From Balanoglossus misakiensis (taxonomy: Eukaryota; Animalia; Hemichordata), in NCBI GenBank assembly GCA_040954595.2, contig CM082592.2, forward strand, positions 9,721,677 to 9,785,676: DNA of 64,000 nucleotides. Reading direction: 5' to 3'. Positions 24,470 to 38,283 of the stretch are shown here, piece after piece. Every line of letters starts with the position of its first letter. Position 1 is the stretch's first letter. The translations under genes and the position numbers were made by a program. A model generated the notes under the pieces. The model saw only the letters and a program-made list of their open reading frames with translations. It had not been told where the DNA came from and searched no databases.

Positions 24470-25694
24470 AATTGTGGCTTTTTTTGGCCAGTTGAAAGAA
24501 ACCAGTTGTAAATGCTTACATATCTTTCAATACCTGAAATTTGATACAGCTAGTTAGGTCAGCCATTGAAGAGCTTTGAAAGTGGTTTAACACTGTTGCA
24601 TTGCCTTGCACATGTTTGTAATGCTTTTCTGGAAGTTACCATTGAATAGGCTTTTTATGTGTATTTTATCAGTGTTTCTATCTTTATGCAGAATATACAT
24701 GTAGAATGCAGTGAAGTGCCAAATTTAACCCTTTCACCACAATGGTTTGGTCCAGATCCATTGTTTTTTATGGTGAAGTTGGATCTCCATAGACATTGTT
24801 GTTAATCATGAAATCATATCCGCTCACTGACTATCTTGCCATTGTATGGAATTGGTTGAAAATGTATTATGACAGGTTTGAGTGGAGCTTACTTGGATGG
24901 ACACCTTTTCCTTGCAGAAAATATATATTAAGTAATTGTATGCATTAGTAGTTTCCTACCAAATGTGGCCATGCCAGTTTGAACGAATGTTAATTTTTGG
25001 CTTGGTCAGTACAGCAGGGCAAAGGTTACGGATGCTCCATCAGTAATGTATTTTTTAGATTGTATTGTTCTGCGCTCAGTACAAGGTCTACATTTATTGG
25101 AGAATGAACATTCAATGGGCACTCTAGACGAACGCTTGTGTACTTTTTGTAAAGTGTAGTGGTGTGTGTGTGTGTGTTTCATAAACCAGCCCTTGGAAGC
25201 TGTTTCTTCATTTGGCACTTGCTCGTTCCGTTGTGAAGGGTTGTGAAGCCTGTTTGCATGATTTTTGCTTTTACTACGGGGTCCACAACTCTAAACAGTC
25301 CTTCCAGAACCTAGAATGCCATACACTGTAGTATTTTGGGGGGATCGAATTCCAACGTGAAGATTGATTTTATGACTGGTACTGCCACACATGGAGCCGG
25401 ACACAAGTGGATTCCAATCAGGGTTTGGCCCATCGTTGTTCAACTTTGTAATGTGTTGTTTACAGTACCACAAAAATTGTGTCACTCACCGTGCTTGCGT
25501 CTCTTCTGTTTACAATTTTGTCAGATTTAAAAAGAAAACTTTTATTACATGAATCATCTCGCACAGTTTTAATACAGAATGCACATTCTTCAAAAAGAAG
25601 CTATTTCAGCTATACATTTACTGCTAAGTGCTAGTTTGATGTTTTGGTATTTCCAGTGCGAAATAACATATATAACTACAGTGTTCCTAGAGAT

Positions 25695-26588
25695 TCAGAG
25701 TTTCCCAAGTTTTAGAGTGATGAAAGACGCTGTGCCATCAACATATAAGATATTTCCATCTGCACTTTTCATGGTGAATGGTACTACAGACTTTCTGTTG
25801 GTGGTATGTGTGACATCTGCCTCGATGAGATATGCACGCATCAAAGGAGTTGGTCTGGGAGGGGAGAGAGAGAGCGAGAGAGAGTGTGTGAGTGTGTAAA
25901 GAAGAGACAAGAGAGAAGCATGGGTTCAAGCTCCAACATGGATGTGGTGAGTCAATAATTACAATGCGGTACGTATAATCATCAGCACCAGATACCACCA
26001 TCTCGTGGCCTTCATTCTTTGATTACCTTTTGTAGTTGAGTGTCAAACTAGCAGTTAAACCAATTTGAGGGTGAATTAAATAATTGAAAAAGGCACTCGA
26101 AGCTATATCAATCATCGTTGCCATAGCACCACCATGGACATATCTGAAATGAAAAATATAAATAAATGTGACCGAAAACCTGGAAATAGGCCTATACATG
26201 TACATAATTATTGTCATCAAGTGCAGCCGACTTCATGACTTTTCACAGCTGAAGGAAATGACCAGTTCCTCGATATGGAAACTTACCCGGGTGGACCTTC
26301 TGTCATTGGTCCAAACTGACAAACTCCTTTTAGCTTGCCTTCCTTTTCGTTTATAAAATGTGCATATTCAAAGACTTCTCCGGGTCTGTCAAGACCTACT
26401 GATCTACAAAATAAGTGTTTTCTATGATCAAGAAATATCGTGGATGTAATTTTGGTGATTTTGACCCATTCATTGGATTCTGTCAACTTGGTTAGTTTGT
26501 GAAATAAATCTTTGGTGTCATCTAACCACCCTTCGTTTGGAAGAGCATAGTCCTTGTCATTGCGGTATTGTACAGCTTGTCTTCTCAT
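25695..26588 (-). CDS. THEM4: THEM4/THEM5-like hotdog-fold acyl-CoA thioesterase (5' end uncertain)
   Basis: Three exons: DYALPNEGW...FEYAHFINEKEGKLKGVCQFGPMTEGPPG / YVHGGAMATMID...LTASLTLNYKR / PTPL...LYVDGTASFITLKLGKL*. The EGPPG-x-x-HGG...D catalytic motif is intact. Confidence 0.85.
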
Positions 26589-27700
26589 TCTTGTCAGATT
26601 TCTGCAAAATAAGCCGGGAACTAGAATTTGGATGGTGTTTAGGTCATGAGTGTTACAAGGTGTCATGAGATATGGAAGATAATTTAGTCCATTGTACGTC
26701 TGAGACTAACGTCAATGTGGAGATTTCAACAAATGATGGTACAGGTGACATTTGTGTTTTATGTATGATTCACAGTTGCTGTAAAAGAATAATCGTGAAT
26801 GATTTGAATGTCAAAAATTAAAGAATACTCATGATGGCATTTAACTAGCTGTGTTTAACACACTGGACCAAGCTTGTCTTCTGTCTGTTAAACACATTTT
26901 GTAAGACTGGGCTGATAGAATTTTTGTATGACCTACTTCAAACAGAAACACCTACGTACTTCAAAAAATTTCCAACTGGCATGCTTCACACCCTAATCAA
27001 GTTAGCGACCAACTTTTAAATCTGTGCAAAAACCCAACGCTGCTTTGCTATGACCCAGCTTCTGTCCAGGATCTGGCTCTAAAGGTACGCCGGACAAAGG
27101 GCAGCATGATAGTTGTTAATGCCATGAATGACGTACCAGGTTAAAGGCCCTAGGGGTGAAGGTCAGATGGAGTATGCTACAAGGGATGGGCCAATTGATA
27201 TTGTGTGTGTGTGGGGGGGGGGGGGGTTGTGTGTGGAAGATTGAGGTGGCCTGATTTTTTTTCAGACTTATATTAAAGATTAGACATATTTTGTTTGTGT
27301 CAGGTGTCTTGAAGGCAAATACATCTTTTACTCTGTTTCCTTCAGTCAAAATTTGTGGACAACAAATATTTCAAAGCCCCACTTTTAACTGTTTTTAGAC
27401 AATGACTACAGGTTGCCTTAGAATGTACATGCCTTTAATTGTATCTGTAAGGTATTTTGTGTAATGAAAATGCAGCAATTATTAAATCACACACAAATGC
27501 TTTGTTGCAAAATGATATTGTATTTTACAATATAATCGTGAACTGAAAATTCTACATGGGAAGCCAGAATTCAAAGGTACAAGTTTCTTTGTCTCTGTCT
27601 GTTGACTGTCCTGGTGGTAAATGTTCAGGGGTGATCAGAAGTGGTGTCAGGACTTTGGAATTTGCATGAATAATAATCTTGATTATCGAGTCACTTCTGT

Positions 27701-29079
27701 TCAGCTTGACCTGCTCTCTGCCTTTTCCTCAGCTTCCACCAGCTGCTTTTTCACGTCAGCTGGAATCATCACCTCATGGAGGTTTTCCATCCCTTCTTCC
27801 GGTTCGTCAGAAATGAGCACGGAGATGAGTTTCTGACAGGATTCGGACACTTCCGGACTTGATTCTTGTTTGTCGAGTTCCCGCAGTATAATGTATGCTC
27901 TCTTGTCTTTAATAATCTTCCTTCCTTCCTTGGTTGCACATAACTGCAAAATCAAAAATCAGTTGTTCACTGTATGTTATTGCATTGAAGCATGCATATG
28001 GTAATCTGTGACAACCTGTGCACCTATCGGCAATTTCAAATGACAGGAATACAATCACCCTTAATTTACATATGCCCAAATAAGGATGTTCCCTTGTGAA
28101 TAGAGGGCGCTTTTCAATCACCTGGAAAACTGCTTCAATCAGCATCTTCCTGATGGCTGGATCCGGTTCCCTCTCCTTATCCTCCTCCAGGAATTGAAGA
28201 TCTTCTGGCATCCCATCCATTTCTTCATCTGTTAATTCTTCTGGTCCGGCAAGGGGCAGCAACAGCCTTGGTAGAATGTCAACTTGGCTGCCTAGCAACC
28301 ATAAATGGTAATCTGTTGGAGGCAAGTACAGTATACAAATGAGAGTTGTCATACACACAAGAGCTACTGGATGATTATCAGCTCATTGCGAGATCTCGTG
28401 AGACTTGTTTATTACCATAGCAATACAATATATTACCCATTTCAAAACAACAATTTTTCAGAATTCCAATGATGCCACCTCTTCTGGTGACCGAGTCTTC
28501 GTACTGTATAAAAGGCAGCAGTCTCTGTATGACGCATTTATCTTTGTCGAGGATGAATTTTCTGGCTTCAGGAAGTTGGGTCAAATTCGACAGAAATTGA
28601 GCTAAATAGTGGAGATTGTTTTTCGGGTTAAACTTATCGTTACAAAACACATCAACAAATTTTAAAAGGCCCAAGTCGCTCCTTTCAATTTCGGCTAGCA
28701 CTTTCTTACAGCAATATTCATCTCGCGTGATGTTGGAAAGTATTGCGCACACAAAATCCGCATATTTGCTATCACTTTTGAGAACATACTGAACAAAGTT
28801 CGAAACTACGTCGTAATCTTCTGTGATGATTCTGGCCATTTTAACATCAGTGGACAAGTTTACGAGTGCGAGATACGAGTCTGTGGCAACAGATTCCTGC
28901 GGATGTCGGGTTAGGGTGAAGATCGCTTCGAGGTATCGTTTGTTCGATTGGAACATGCGGATACCGTCGGGAGACCCGGTCAGCCCGAGGATGTTGTGCA
29001 GAGCGACCGATAAGATGTCCAGTCGAGTCTCTAGCGTTAAGAACTGCAACAACTCTTCCAACTGACTACTTTCCGCCAT
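27701..29079 (-). CDS. HGH1: HGH1 homolog (eEF2 chaperone, FAM203), three exons
   Basis: MAESSQLEELLQFL...ILGLTGS; LHYLAQFLSNLTQLPEARKFIL; RRGGIIGILKNCCFE; DILPRLLLPLAGPEELTDEEMDGMPEDLQFLEEDKEREPDP; LCATKEGRKIIKDKRAYIILREL. Confidence 0.93.
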
Positions 29080-29836
29080 AGTTGATTTATCGGATGAAAA
29101 ACTCAAGTTTCTCTGTTAGTAGAAAACTACTCGATCTGTCTTTTCTAAAAGCGAGGCGGACGTTTTTTGAGACACACACATTGTTCATTTTTCACATGTG
29201 GGCGCAGCCATGTTGCTTTTTGATCTTCACTGCGCCTGCGTGCATCACCGTTGATAAAATATATGATAAAAACAATGCAAAAGAGTCATCGATGAGATTC
29301 GAAATCCAAACAGTACACGGGAACGTGTACTGTAGTATTCACAGCGGCAAAAAAATCGTATTTATAGCTCAATTAAAACAGTGATAAACCCTAGAAACAT
29401 GCGCCTACAGTTTGCTATCGACTCTGTGACCCCTGACCTTTGAAAGCTTTGGCCTTTGACCCGGGGCATGAAAAGTTTTAACATTTTAAAACCTTTCGTG
29501 CTGCAGCGGCCGATATTAGACCAGATTTTGCAGAACCAACATAATACTAAACGATTTTTGAAGGTAGGACACTAAAAATGCAGTCTAAACCAAGCTTTAT
29601 GCATACAATGATTCGACTTCAGCCTCTTGCACGCACGTTTTTCGTGGCTTTTCAGGTGCACCTGTGCAAATATTGTAACCACTGTTACCATGGAAATTTC
29701 AAATACTGGTACTGTATAGCCAATTACAGATTTTAAGTGGGTGGCACACGCGAAAAAAGTGCGCCACCACATGGTCATTCAATCACTCAGACACCCCACA
29801 AACCAAAGAGTGATCATTTCTTTTACTGTCTATTAG
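29080..29836. promoter_or_regulatory. Divergent promoter region for HGH1/FN3KRP
   Basis: Head-to-head genes; NRF1-like TGCGCCTGCGTG at 29231-29242; CpG-rich; acceptor TATTAG| at 29836 precedes the FN3KRP ATG exon. Confidence 0.5.
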
Positions 29837-29872
29837 GTCAACAACACAAAGTTGGCTAGAAAGCAATCTGAT

Positions 29873-31789
29873 ATGGAATCTCTGTTAAAGAAAGAGCTGG
29901 GCTGTAGTCACGTGAAATCGTTTGGTTTTGGAGGCGGCGGGTGTATCAGTTCTGGTCAAAGTTATGAGACTGATAAGTACGGGAAAGTCTTCGCCAAGAT
30001 GAACTCAGAGAGTGGGGTGAGTATAGAGTTCTCTAAGCATCACATGCCTTGTTTTGCAACTGCACAATCAAATCAGTTTAGTTTGCTCAAATGAATTATG
30101 TTTTATCATCAAAAATATAACTGACAGTCTGGTATAATGGTCTCTCTTGTAAGGCTCGTATTATGTTCGATGGTGAAATGGCAGGCCTGCAAGCTATACT
30201 GGCAACAAACACTGTCAAAGTTCCAAAGCCTTACAAAGTCTTGGATCATGAAGGTGGAGCACTGCTTGTGATGGAGCACATTGATTTCAAAGGACTTGGT
30301 GGATATGGAGCAGAACTTGGTGAATTGTTTGCCAAGTAAGTATGGTGCGTTTTGTTTTAATCAAACATGTTCAGTTCACATGTTTTGGAAACACCGAATT
30401 GGCATCTTAGGGATGCTTCCATAATGTAGCCATGTATTGTGATTGCACAGTGAGTACACAAAGGCCCCTTAGTTTGCCACCAATTCAGCAGATTAGTAGA
30501 CTTTGCAACCTTCTGTGTTTGTTCCAGAATGCATCTACACAATGAGGAGTTGGGAAAGAAACAAGACCAGCAGTCAAGCCGAGTCGGGAGTGGTGAAGAT
30601 GGCTATGTCAGTCAATTTGGTTTCCTCATAGCGACATGTTGTGGCTACATCCCTCAAAACAATGAGTGGCAAGATGACTGGGTGGTAAGTGAACAGTGGG
30701 GGTGCTGGATTGGTCTTCTTTGGTCACATGGTTGTCACATGATGCCAGTCGGCCAATCCTGTCATCTGGTTTGCCTTTTGCCTATACTTGATGGTGATAG
30801 TCACACTTTGGTGTTTGACCTACAGAGTCAGACTTGCTTTAGGATTGAACTTTATTGTGGTGTGGAGAAGATCAGTAACCTCTTTCATTCCTCTTTTGAC
30901 TTTTAATGTTTTGGTTTTTATCTTGTTCAAATTATTAGACATTCTACACAAGGCAGAAACTGGGACAGCAGATTGGTCTGGTTGAGAAGAAAAGTGGAGA
31001 CAGAGAAGCAATCGAGTTGTGGTCCAAACTTCAGTTGAAAATACCAGAATTTTTCAAAGGTCTGGATATCAAGCCCGCTTTACTTCATGGTGATCTGTGG
31101 GGCGGCAATGCCTCTGGAACAACAAGTGAACCAGGTAGGAATGGATTGTACCAAGCCTTGTTTCAAGACAAGTGTGTTTGCATGTCTGGCTAAGAAACAT
31201 GCTACGTATACATATTCAACCATGAGTCTACTGATCAGTGTTTACAGTCATTGTTGTGTGTGTCTTTGCAGTGATTTTTGACCCGGCATCCTTTTACGGA
31301 CATCACGAATTTGATCTTGGAATAGCCGGGATGTTTGGAGGATTTAGCAGCTCGTTCTTTTCAGCCTATCACAGCCTGATTCCAAAGGCACCAGGCTTCC
31401 AGAAGAGACACCAACTGTATCAACTCTTCCACTATTTAAACCACTGGTAAGTTTTCTCTTGATTTCAGTATAGGTCACATTCCACAAACATTCCCCTGTA
31501 GAGATATAAGCTTCATCGCACAACAACCCACATGGTCCTGACGTAATACTGCCCTCTAGTGTTCATACCAGTTTGATATCGCATTTCTGCAGTGGCAAAT
31601 CTCGCAAGTAGTTGTTGTGAAATCAGTCTTATACTGCGGACAGAGAAAATCGTCCACATGTACAGCATAAAGTAAGAGGTTTGGGTCATATTTTTAATAT
31701 CTACTTTTTTTTAAATTCATTACAGGAATCACTTTGGTTCTGGGTACAGGGGTCAGTCGCTTGGTATCATGAGGGAGTTGGTGCGATGA
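29873..31789 (+). CDS. FN3KRP: Fructosamine/ketosamine-3-kinase family protein, six coding exons
   Basis: [10 protein letters not shown]...[15 protein letters not shown]...FAKMN; [12 protein letters not shown]; [18 protein letters not shown]; [12 protein letters not shown]; [24 protein letters not shown]; [20 protein letters not shown]...*. FN3K and FN3KRP cannot be distinguished by eye. Confidence 0.92.
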
Positions 31790-34008
31790 AAAACTTCACC
31801 GCCACAAGTTCTTGCATGCAAGGGATTTGATTCAAGGTCGTTCTGGCACGATTCGCAACGGCAGAATTCAAGCCCAATACAACGCTTGGTAATGCGGAAG
31901 ACAGGTGTGAGACACCCCATAGGAAGTGTCAATCATCAAACTGCTAAAATACTGCTGCGAGATAAGCAAAGGATTTGTTCTGTATGATACTAGACGACCA
32001 GTTAACTTTTAAAGAATGGTGTATTAAGAATGCAACATTTTAATTTATTTGTGTGTAAATGTGTAAGTGTTCACATGGTACAGGAGATGGCAAGACTTGC
32101 AATAAAGTTGACTTTTGTCCATGGAACTTTTTTCAAGATATGTACCCTGATTTTGATGTAGGGAAACCAGGCATGTCAGAGAGCAGACCTTTTTAGTTTC
32201 AATTTTTCTTTTGGTATAAATGTCGCTTTAGGCTCCACGCATAAAGAAATGCTCACTATGCAACCAGAAACAGAAAACGTGGTTGTGTGAGACTTTAAAT
32301 ACACTCAGTGTATTTTCATGTAATCATAAGCCCCCGATAGCCTTGTACTGTAGTTAGGAAATTGAGACTTTAAAAAATGTAGACCACGACGGCTTTGCTC
32401 AAAATCAATGGCGACCACCTGTTGATGGCGTAGAAACTGAAAGGCGCCTGTCCTTCCTCCCAGTGTGACGTTCCGGGGAATACTCGCTCCCCGCTGTAAA
32501 TCCTTTACGTCATGCTGTGAGGGCATAAATAAATCTGCAGTCACATTTTTGTGTCGTCTTTCAGATTCAAATGCGCAAATCCCTGTCATTGAATGTGGAT
32601 ACACGAATCTGTCTTTTCTGTGCACATGCAGTTGACACCTCGAGCTCAACAATAGCATGAATAGCGAGAATGAAAAAAAAACGCGACCTCATTTGGCAAT
32701 CGTCGATTTGCCGGATACCTCCCGTGAAATGTCGTTGATTTTGCAATTGACACGTGTTGCTGGATTTGCAGTAATCTGGTTTTTAACAAATTATCGAATA
32801 AAACATTTTCAAAGCGATTCGCCAATGACATATTGAAGGGAGGACGTTCAATCCCCATTCTGGTGATGAAATTTTGAATCTGTCTGACCAGTAAGTTCTG
32901 ATCGTTTGGATTCGCTAGTACTGTCCTGATAACATTGTATGGAAATTTTATTAGCGATGAATGCCAACCTCTTTAATATATATTGTCGCGTTTGGTGTGT
33001 TTAAAAAATCTCCCACGGTAGCAGTATAGACCAATCACAATGTTGGGGGTACCAGTAGATACTTGTAAATAACACATATCATCCATTCATCATATACGAC
33101 GTCGACAATTAATTTACTTCAGGATCCACTAAATATCACGGATGACCAAATCATGCCACTTCCTGAAGTGCGAGAGTGATCGATTTTACATGCGCAGTGC
33201 ACGCGTGTCGTGTAGTAGAGCAAATTGATATTGCATTGTAACAAATACACGACGATTTATAACCCATAAAAATAACCATTCATGTTGGATTTAATTCATA
33301 AATGTGGCGCAAGACCACCGGCCCCGTCTTTGTAGATTTATACATGTTCAACTAGGCCAAGGTCGGCGAGGTGCTTTGCTCTCATCACTTATACGCGTCA
33401 CTGGTGGGGATGGAGGGGGAGGGTATCATGCACACAAGGAGTGGGTGTAGGTGAGGACGTGTGAAATCGAAGAGAATGGTGTTTCTGTGATAATTACTGG
33501 TGTGATAATAGGACAGCAATATTTCCATAAAATGCTCAATGACTGATCTCCGAGCTTTAACCCCCTTTACTGCCACATACATAATTCACCAAATCCACTG
33601 TCGCTGCGTGATGAAAACTAGCTGGGGGGGGGGGGGGGGACAAAAAACGTGTGTTAAATCGTATATGTGTTGGCAGATGGGAGAAAATTTGAATATTGGA
33701 TTTCGCGACTTAATCCCATCCCAAGTCTAATGATGACCAAATCTAATTATCTTCCAATGTTTTGTCAATACAGTAAATGGTATATGGATTAAACCTGCCT
33801 AAAATAACAAACAAAATTCAGTTCCAGAAAAAACAACATCGTTTGGCAACGCAGAGTTGTGGAAACCTAGAGAGTGTCCTCAACAACCACTCAATTAGTA
33901 TTTGTGGTCGAAGAATGGTTAATTAGTGCGAGATATGGTCATATTTAGTATCAATTAAGCGGCGATAATGACATTGACACAGTATCAGGGCATGGTGCGG
34001 GTTTCCAG

Positions 34009-34034
34009 CACGTGATCACGTTGCCCATATAAGG
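34009..34034. promoter_or_regulatory. E-box plus consensus CArG (SRF) box in a CpG-rich patch
   Basis: CACGTG 34009-34014 and CCATATAAGG 34025-34034. Confidence 0.4.
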
Positions 34035-37000
34035 CACCGCAGTGGTCGACAGTCGCGTGCGGCGTCTTGGTCGCGTCACAATGCTGCTTTCACTTATAGG
34101 TTGCCTAGCTGCAGGGGGTCTTTCTTTTCTTCGGCGTCTCAGCGGACGCGATCAACGAAATGATAACAGCTATAATTATGCGTCACACACCCTACCCCCA
34201 CCCGCAGGGAAATCATTCGCACCCACTTGCCCTGGGGGTATATCATGACAATCAATTAGTAGCTGGGTCGGTGACTTCTGAGGGATTTTTTACCCCCTTC
34301 AGTGTCAGTTCCATGGACAGATTTGTCCACCAGCTAGCAATTGTTCTTTTTGTCGCACCGCGGAAATCTCAACAAAAAACACATCAAAAAATAAGAAGGG
34401 CATTTGACAGGGACCCAAAGTGCAAAATAGGAAAAAGAAATATAGTTTTTTTAGTGTTTGTAAAGCGAATAGACGAAGCACAGCGTAAATATATATGCGC
34501 TGAATTTGAACCAGCGCGACGACCTTCACACGCAGCCATTGTCTGCGCATGCACATGTCATTGCATGCCTGCTGTTTTTGTCTTCCACGCAACATTCTTA
34601 ATGAGTTTCGGCAGAACTGTAGATTCACTTTACCTCCACGATTTCTCACGGTTTTACTGCCGTTGCCAATGCGTTTACCCCTTTATGGGCGTTTGACGAC
34701 CATGTTTACAACCTTGAAACATGAACACGAGTGTGACCACCGACAAGTAACCACATCTCTACACAGTTTCTCATCAAGACGCGAGAATCTAAACTGCCCA
34801 GCTCTTATTTTCTGTAAATCCACATAAAATATCGAAATGCACTCTTCTTGTGTCATACATGCGGATTAATGTGTTCTTTAAAGCCATCGTGGGTGTCTGC
34901 GTTCTCCAGTCGTTATATATTTGTACTTTCAGTCATGGGTATTAATTATGGAGGCATATGCTCCCCAAATATATCCTTAAATTAATTCCAGATTGGTGTA
35001 TGCGTTCATTTCCCTGCCTTTTCATTTCATAAGAACACCGGAGATGGCCGACTTCCATCATGTGACAAGCGCCCATTGTTTCGCCCCATCCCGAGTGTTT
35101 GATTACCTGAGCATGCGTCAACACGAAATGTGTTTATGGATATGGTCAAGAAATACATTCTCGCTCTGTTTCGTCGAATGGTCATCTTTGTAGGGGACAG
35201 GCGAGTTTGGGTTTGGTTTGAGAAATTATCTGGTGGAAATAGATGAAAGTACATTCTCATTCAAATTACTTTGTCTGAGTAAAGCTATGTTCTCTCTCTC
35301 TCTTTTTTTTTCATTTTTATGATGAGTGTCAATGTCAATGTCATACACACATGACGAGAACCTGGTGCAGGTTGGCAGCAATAGTGTCATTGACACCTAC
35401 TGGTAAATTTGAGGTGGGTTGTCCGAAGTTCAAGTTCTTCAGAAAAGCCCCGAGGTCAGATTGTCCACAGCTTTTGTCTCCAAATGAACAGAAAAGAAGT
35501 TTGCAAACTTTCTTTTGTCTGAAACTTCTTGTCAATATTGTCGGCTTTCTTAGTTCCCGGCGGCCAATTTGTCGTGCTTGTCTCTTCTTTATCTGGTGAT
35601 GCGACCGTCGCGTGCCGAGCGATGAGCTACGTCACCAAACAAAGCATCTTAAGAAGATCAGAGGACACCGTCACAGCTGCTAGAAATCAAATTATCCATG
35701 CAAATCAATTTCGCCCCTCTGTCGGTGCCTATGATATTCATGAGGGGCAGGGCACATATCGACCCAGCGACCAAATACTCGGGGGCGGGTGAGGAATCCC
35801 ACCACATGAGAACCAAACCTGTCCTGGCACGCGCCCAAGGCCAATAAAAAAACGCATTTCGCTTGGGTGAGAAAAAAATCCGTGGTATTTGTCAAACAAA
35901 AACATTTAACATCACATCTATACCAGAAGCTATTGACATGTCATTGGTGTAAACGCAATCACATCTCATCTTCATGCGTGCATCAGAATGTGTACGTGAA
36001 ATTTAGAGAGAAAAAATACATCGGTGACTCTTTCGTTTGTTAGCATCGTCATCCAAAATGAGTATATTTGCAATAGGCCCAATCGTCATCTTTCATAGAA
36101 AACTGATTTATGTACAATGCAGTTATAAGTTTACTGTTTGGTGTAAGACGATGTTTATTTTTCACTAAAATTACATAAACTGTGACGGTCAACATCGAAT
36201 ATAGCTTTGCGTAATAACGGCGTCTCGGAATAAATTCATGTACTATGAGTTTGTTGAAAACAGTTCCACTAACGAACCAAAGTTGTCATGATAAGTATTA
36301 CAGGCGACAATTTCTGTAAATCAGTGTCGGGGTTGCTTGCGGCGAAAATGTCACCGCGGTCTTCAGGTCATTGCGACCTAGGTCAGATCGCGGTCAATAT
36401 ATATTTGTCATCATCCATTGACCTTTAGCCGACTTAAGACGTTTTCTTTCTGAGGTCACCTGTCACCTGTAAGCTAACATTGGATCATTTCTGACAAACT
36501 TTCACCTAATAGGGAAATTACATGTAGTTTGGAAGAACATCCGACCCACTTCTCTGGTTAGCGCTCACGATGCGTTGAGGGTTTTGTGGGAGATAGGTCA
36601 AGTGCGATTGTGAGACGTGATGAGTCAACATTTATTAACACTTACACCCTTGAATACATGTATGTTTCAAATATGAACTTCTTTATCGCGACTGTCAAAT
36701 AGCAACCCCGGAGATGTTGGTGGTTGAATGGATGTTACAAAACAATGACAATCGAATATGGGGCATATATGTCACCCTCAGCTTTGACATATGACGCAAA
36801 TATTGAGATGCAGTTAGTGTTCGAGAAAACCCAAATAACACCTTTGATTTGCCTGGATACAGGGTTTACATTCTCTGCTTGATAAAAACATTCTACTGTC
36901 CATGGTAAAATTTGTGCCTTGTCGCCGTTCCAGACCCGAATTGTCTCCTATTCACTGTGCGGACAAAATTATCTCGCTGAGTTTGAGAGCTAGAGAGAAA

Positions 37001-38019
37001 TTAGGCCAAAGGGCACGTTTGTTTCCGCTTGATGAATCAAGAAAAAGTGAATTGATTTTACTATACATTTTTTGCTGTGTCAAGCGTAACTTCAGCGACC
37101 CTTGCATGTTACAACATATAGCGGAGACACATGCAAGCATTGTTGGTTTGCACAACACGATTCCACGTGAGGTGTTTTGTTACTGAGTGGACACTGCATT
37201 GCGACACTCAGTCCGTTTTGCACCTACCAGCAAATTTTCACGTCAGGGTAAAACTTCTAAGAAAAGCGATTTTCTTGTCTTGACCTGAAGTGAATTAACG
37301 GGTACCCAAAGACAATGTCATGGATTCGTATTTTTTTTAATTTGGTTAGAACAGGTACAAAACAGAAAACAAAATTCGTCAAATTTGACTGATGTGTCGA
37401 ACTAGTAAGTATGGTTCCTCATGGCGACCAGGGTTTTAAAAAATTCAATATTTTGTGTGGATTTGTGTGTAATTCCATCCTCCATTTCTCGGCAGCTGTT
37501 CTCATATTAACTGCTGTGCGCTGCGTTCAATATGGATTTTGTGTTTGTGCAGTGTTAACGGGGAAGAAATACCCAGCATCTGACCTTTGACCGAGACAAA
37601 TTGTTGAATTCGCGTTGATCACGGTTTCTGGTAACCGTGCGTTGATCAAATCACGGGGTTTATGTCTGAATCTTATGCTCACAGCTAGCTCGAGAATTGA
37701 ATATCTCTGTGGACTAACGACAAAGCATGATAAAGACTTGATGACAGTGAGACAAGACCATCGCCTTTGTCTTCACCACCACAGTAAAACAAATTGTACA
37801 GTATTTCGGCGTAGTTACATGACATTACTTTTCGTCTAGTATGTGATTGAATAAAAGTTAATATGTGTTGCAGTGTTCAATGTGTCGTACGCTCTTTTTT
37901 GGTCGTTTTCCTGTGCACTCCATTGACATGTCTCTCGTTAGAGTGATGAGGCGCTCATGCGATTCGCTTTTCACGGGATTTCATTCATTTTATTCAAAAC
38001 CCCGACTATACCGCAGCTG

Positions 38020-38283
38020 TGAATGACGTCGCAGAGCCCCGCCAATCAGCGCGCGCGCTTCGCCTGGTTCTCTTATTGGCGTACTATTAGGGGCGGGGCT
38101 AGTGGGCGTGGGATTTTTAGAAGGAATCCCTGCTTTGAGTAGGCGAAATGACACACTGGCGTTCAGTGTTTAGAATGAAGCAGTGAGAACCAGGACCCGG
38201 TTACAACGCACCCCAGCGCCAACAAGGAGGAACTGTGTTTGTGTGCGTGTATCAAATGATGGACGGGTATCTGATCGTGAAGG
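38020..38283 (+). promoter_or_regulatory. Pol II promoter-like motif cluster with a probable non-coding first exon
   Basis: CRE-like TGACGTC 38024; CCAAT 38042; (GC)n run; ATTGG 38075; Sp1 GGGGCGGGGC 38090; KLF GGGCGTGG; Inr TCAGT 38163; donor AAG|GTATTT 38283. Confidence 0.65.

Noticed and set aside
24724-24795. TTAA|CCCTTT piggyBac-like terminal fragment
   Set aside because: No matching opposite terminus or second copy in the window, so it cannot be called.
33624-33639. G16 run (also G14 at 27213-27226), G-quadruplex potential
   Set aside because: Simple homopolymers, common and error-prone; no supporting context.
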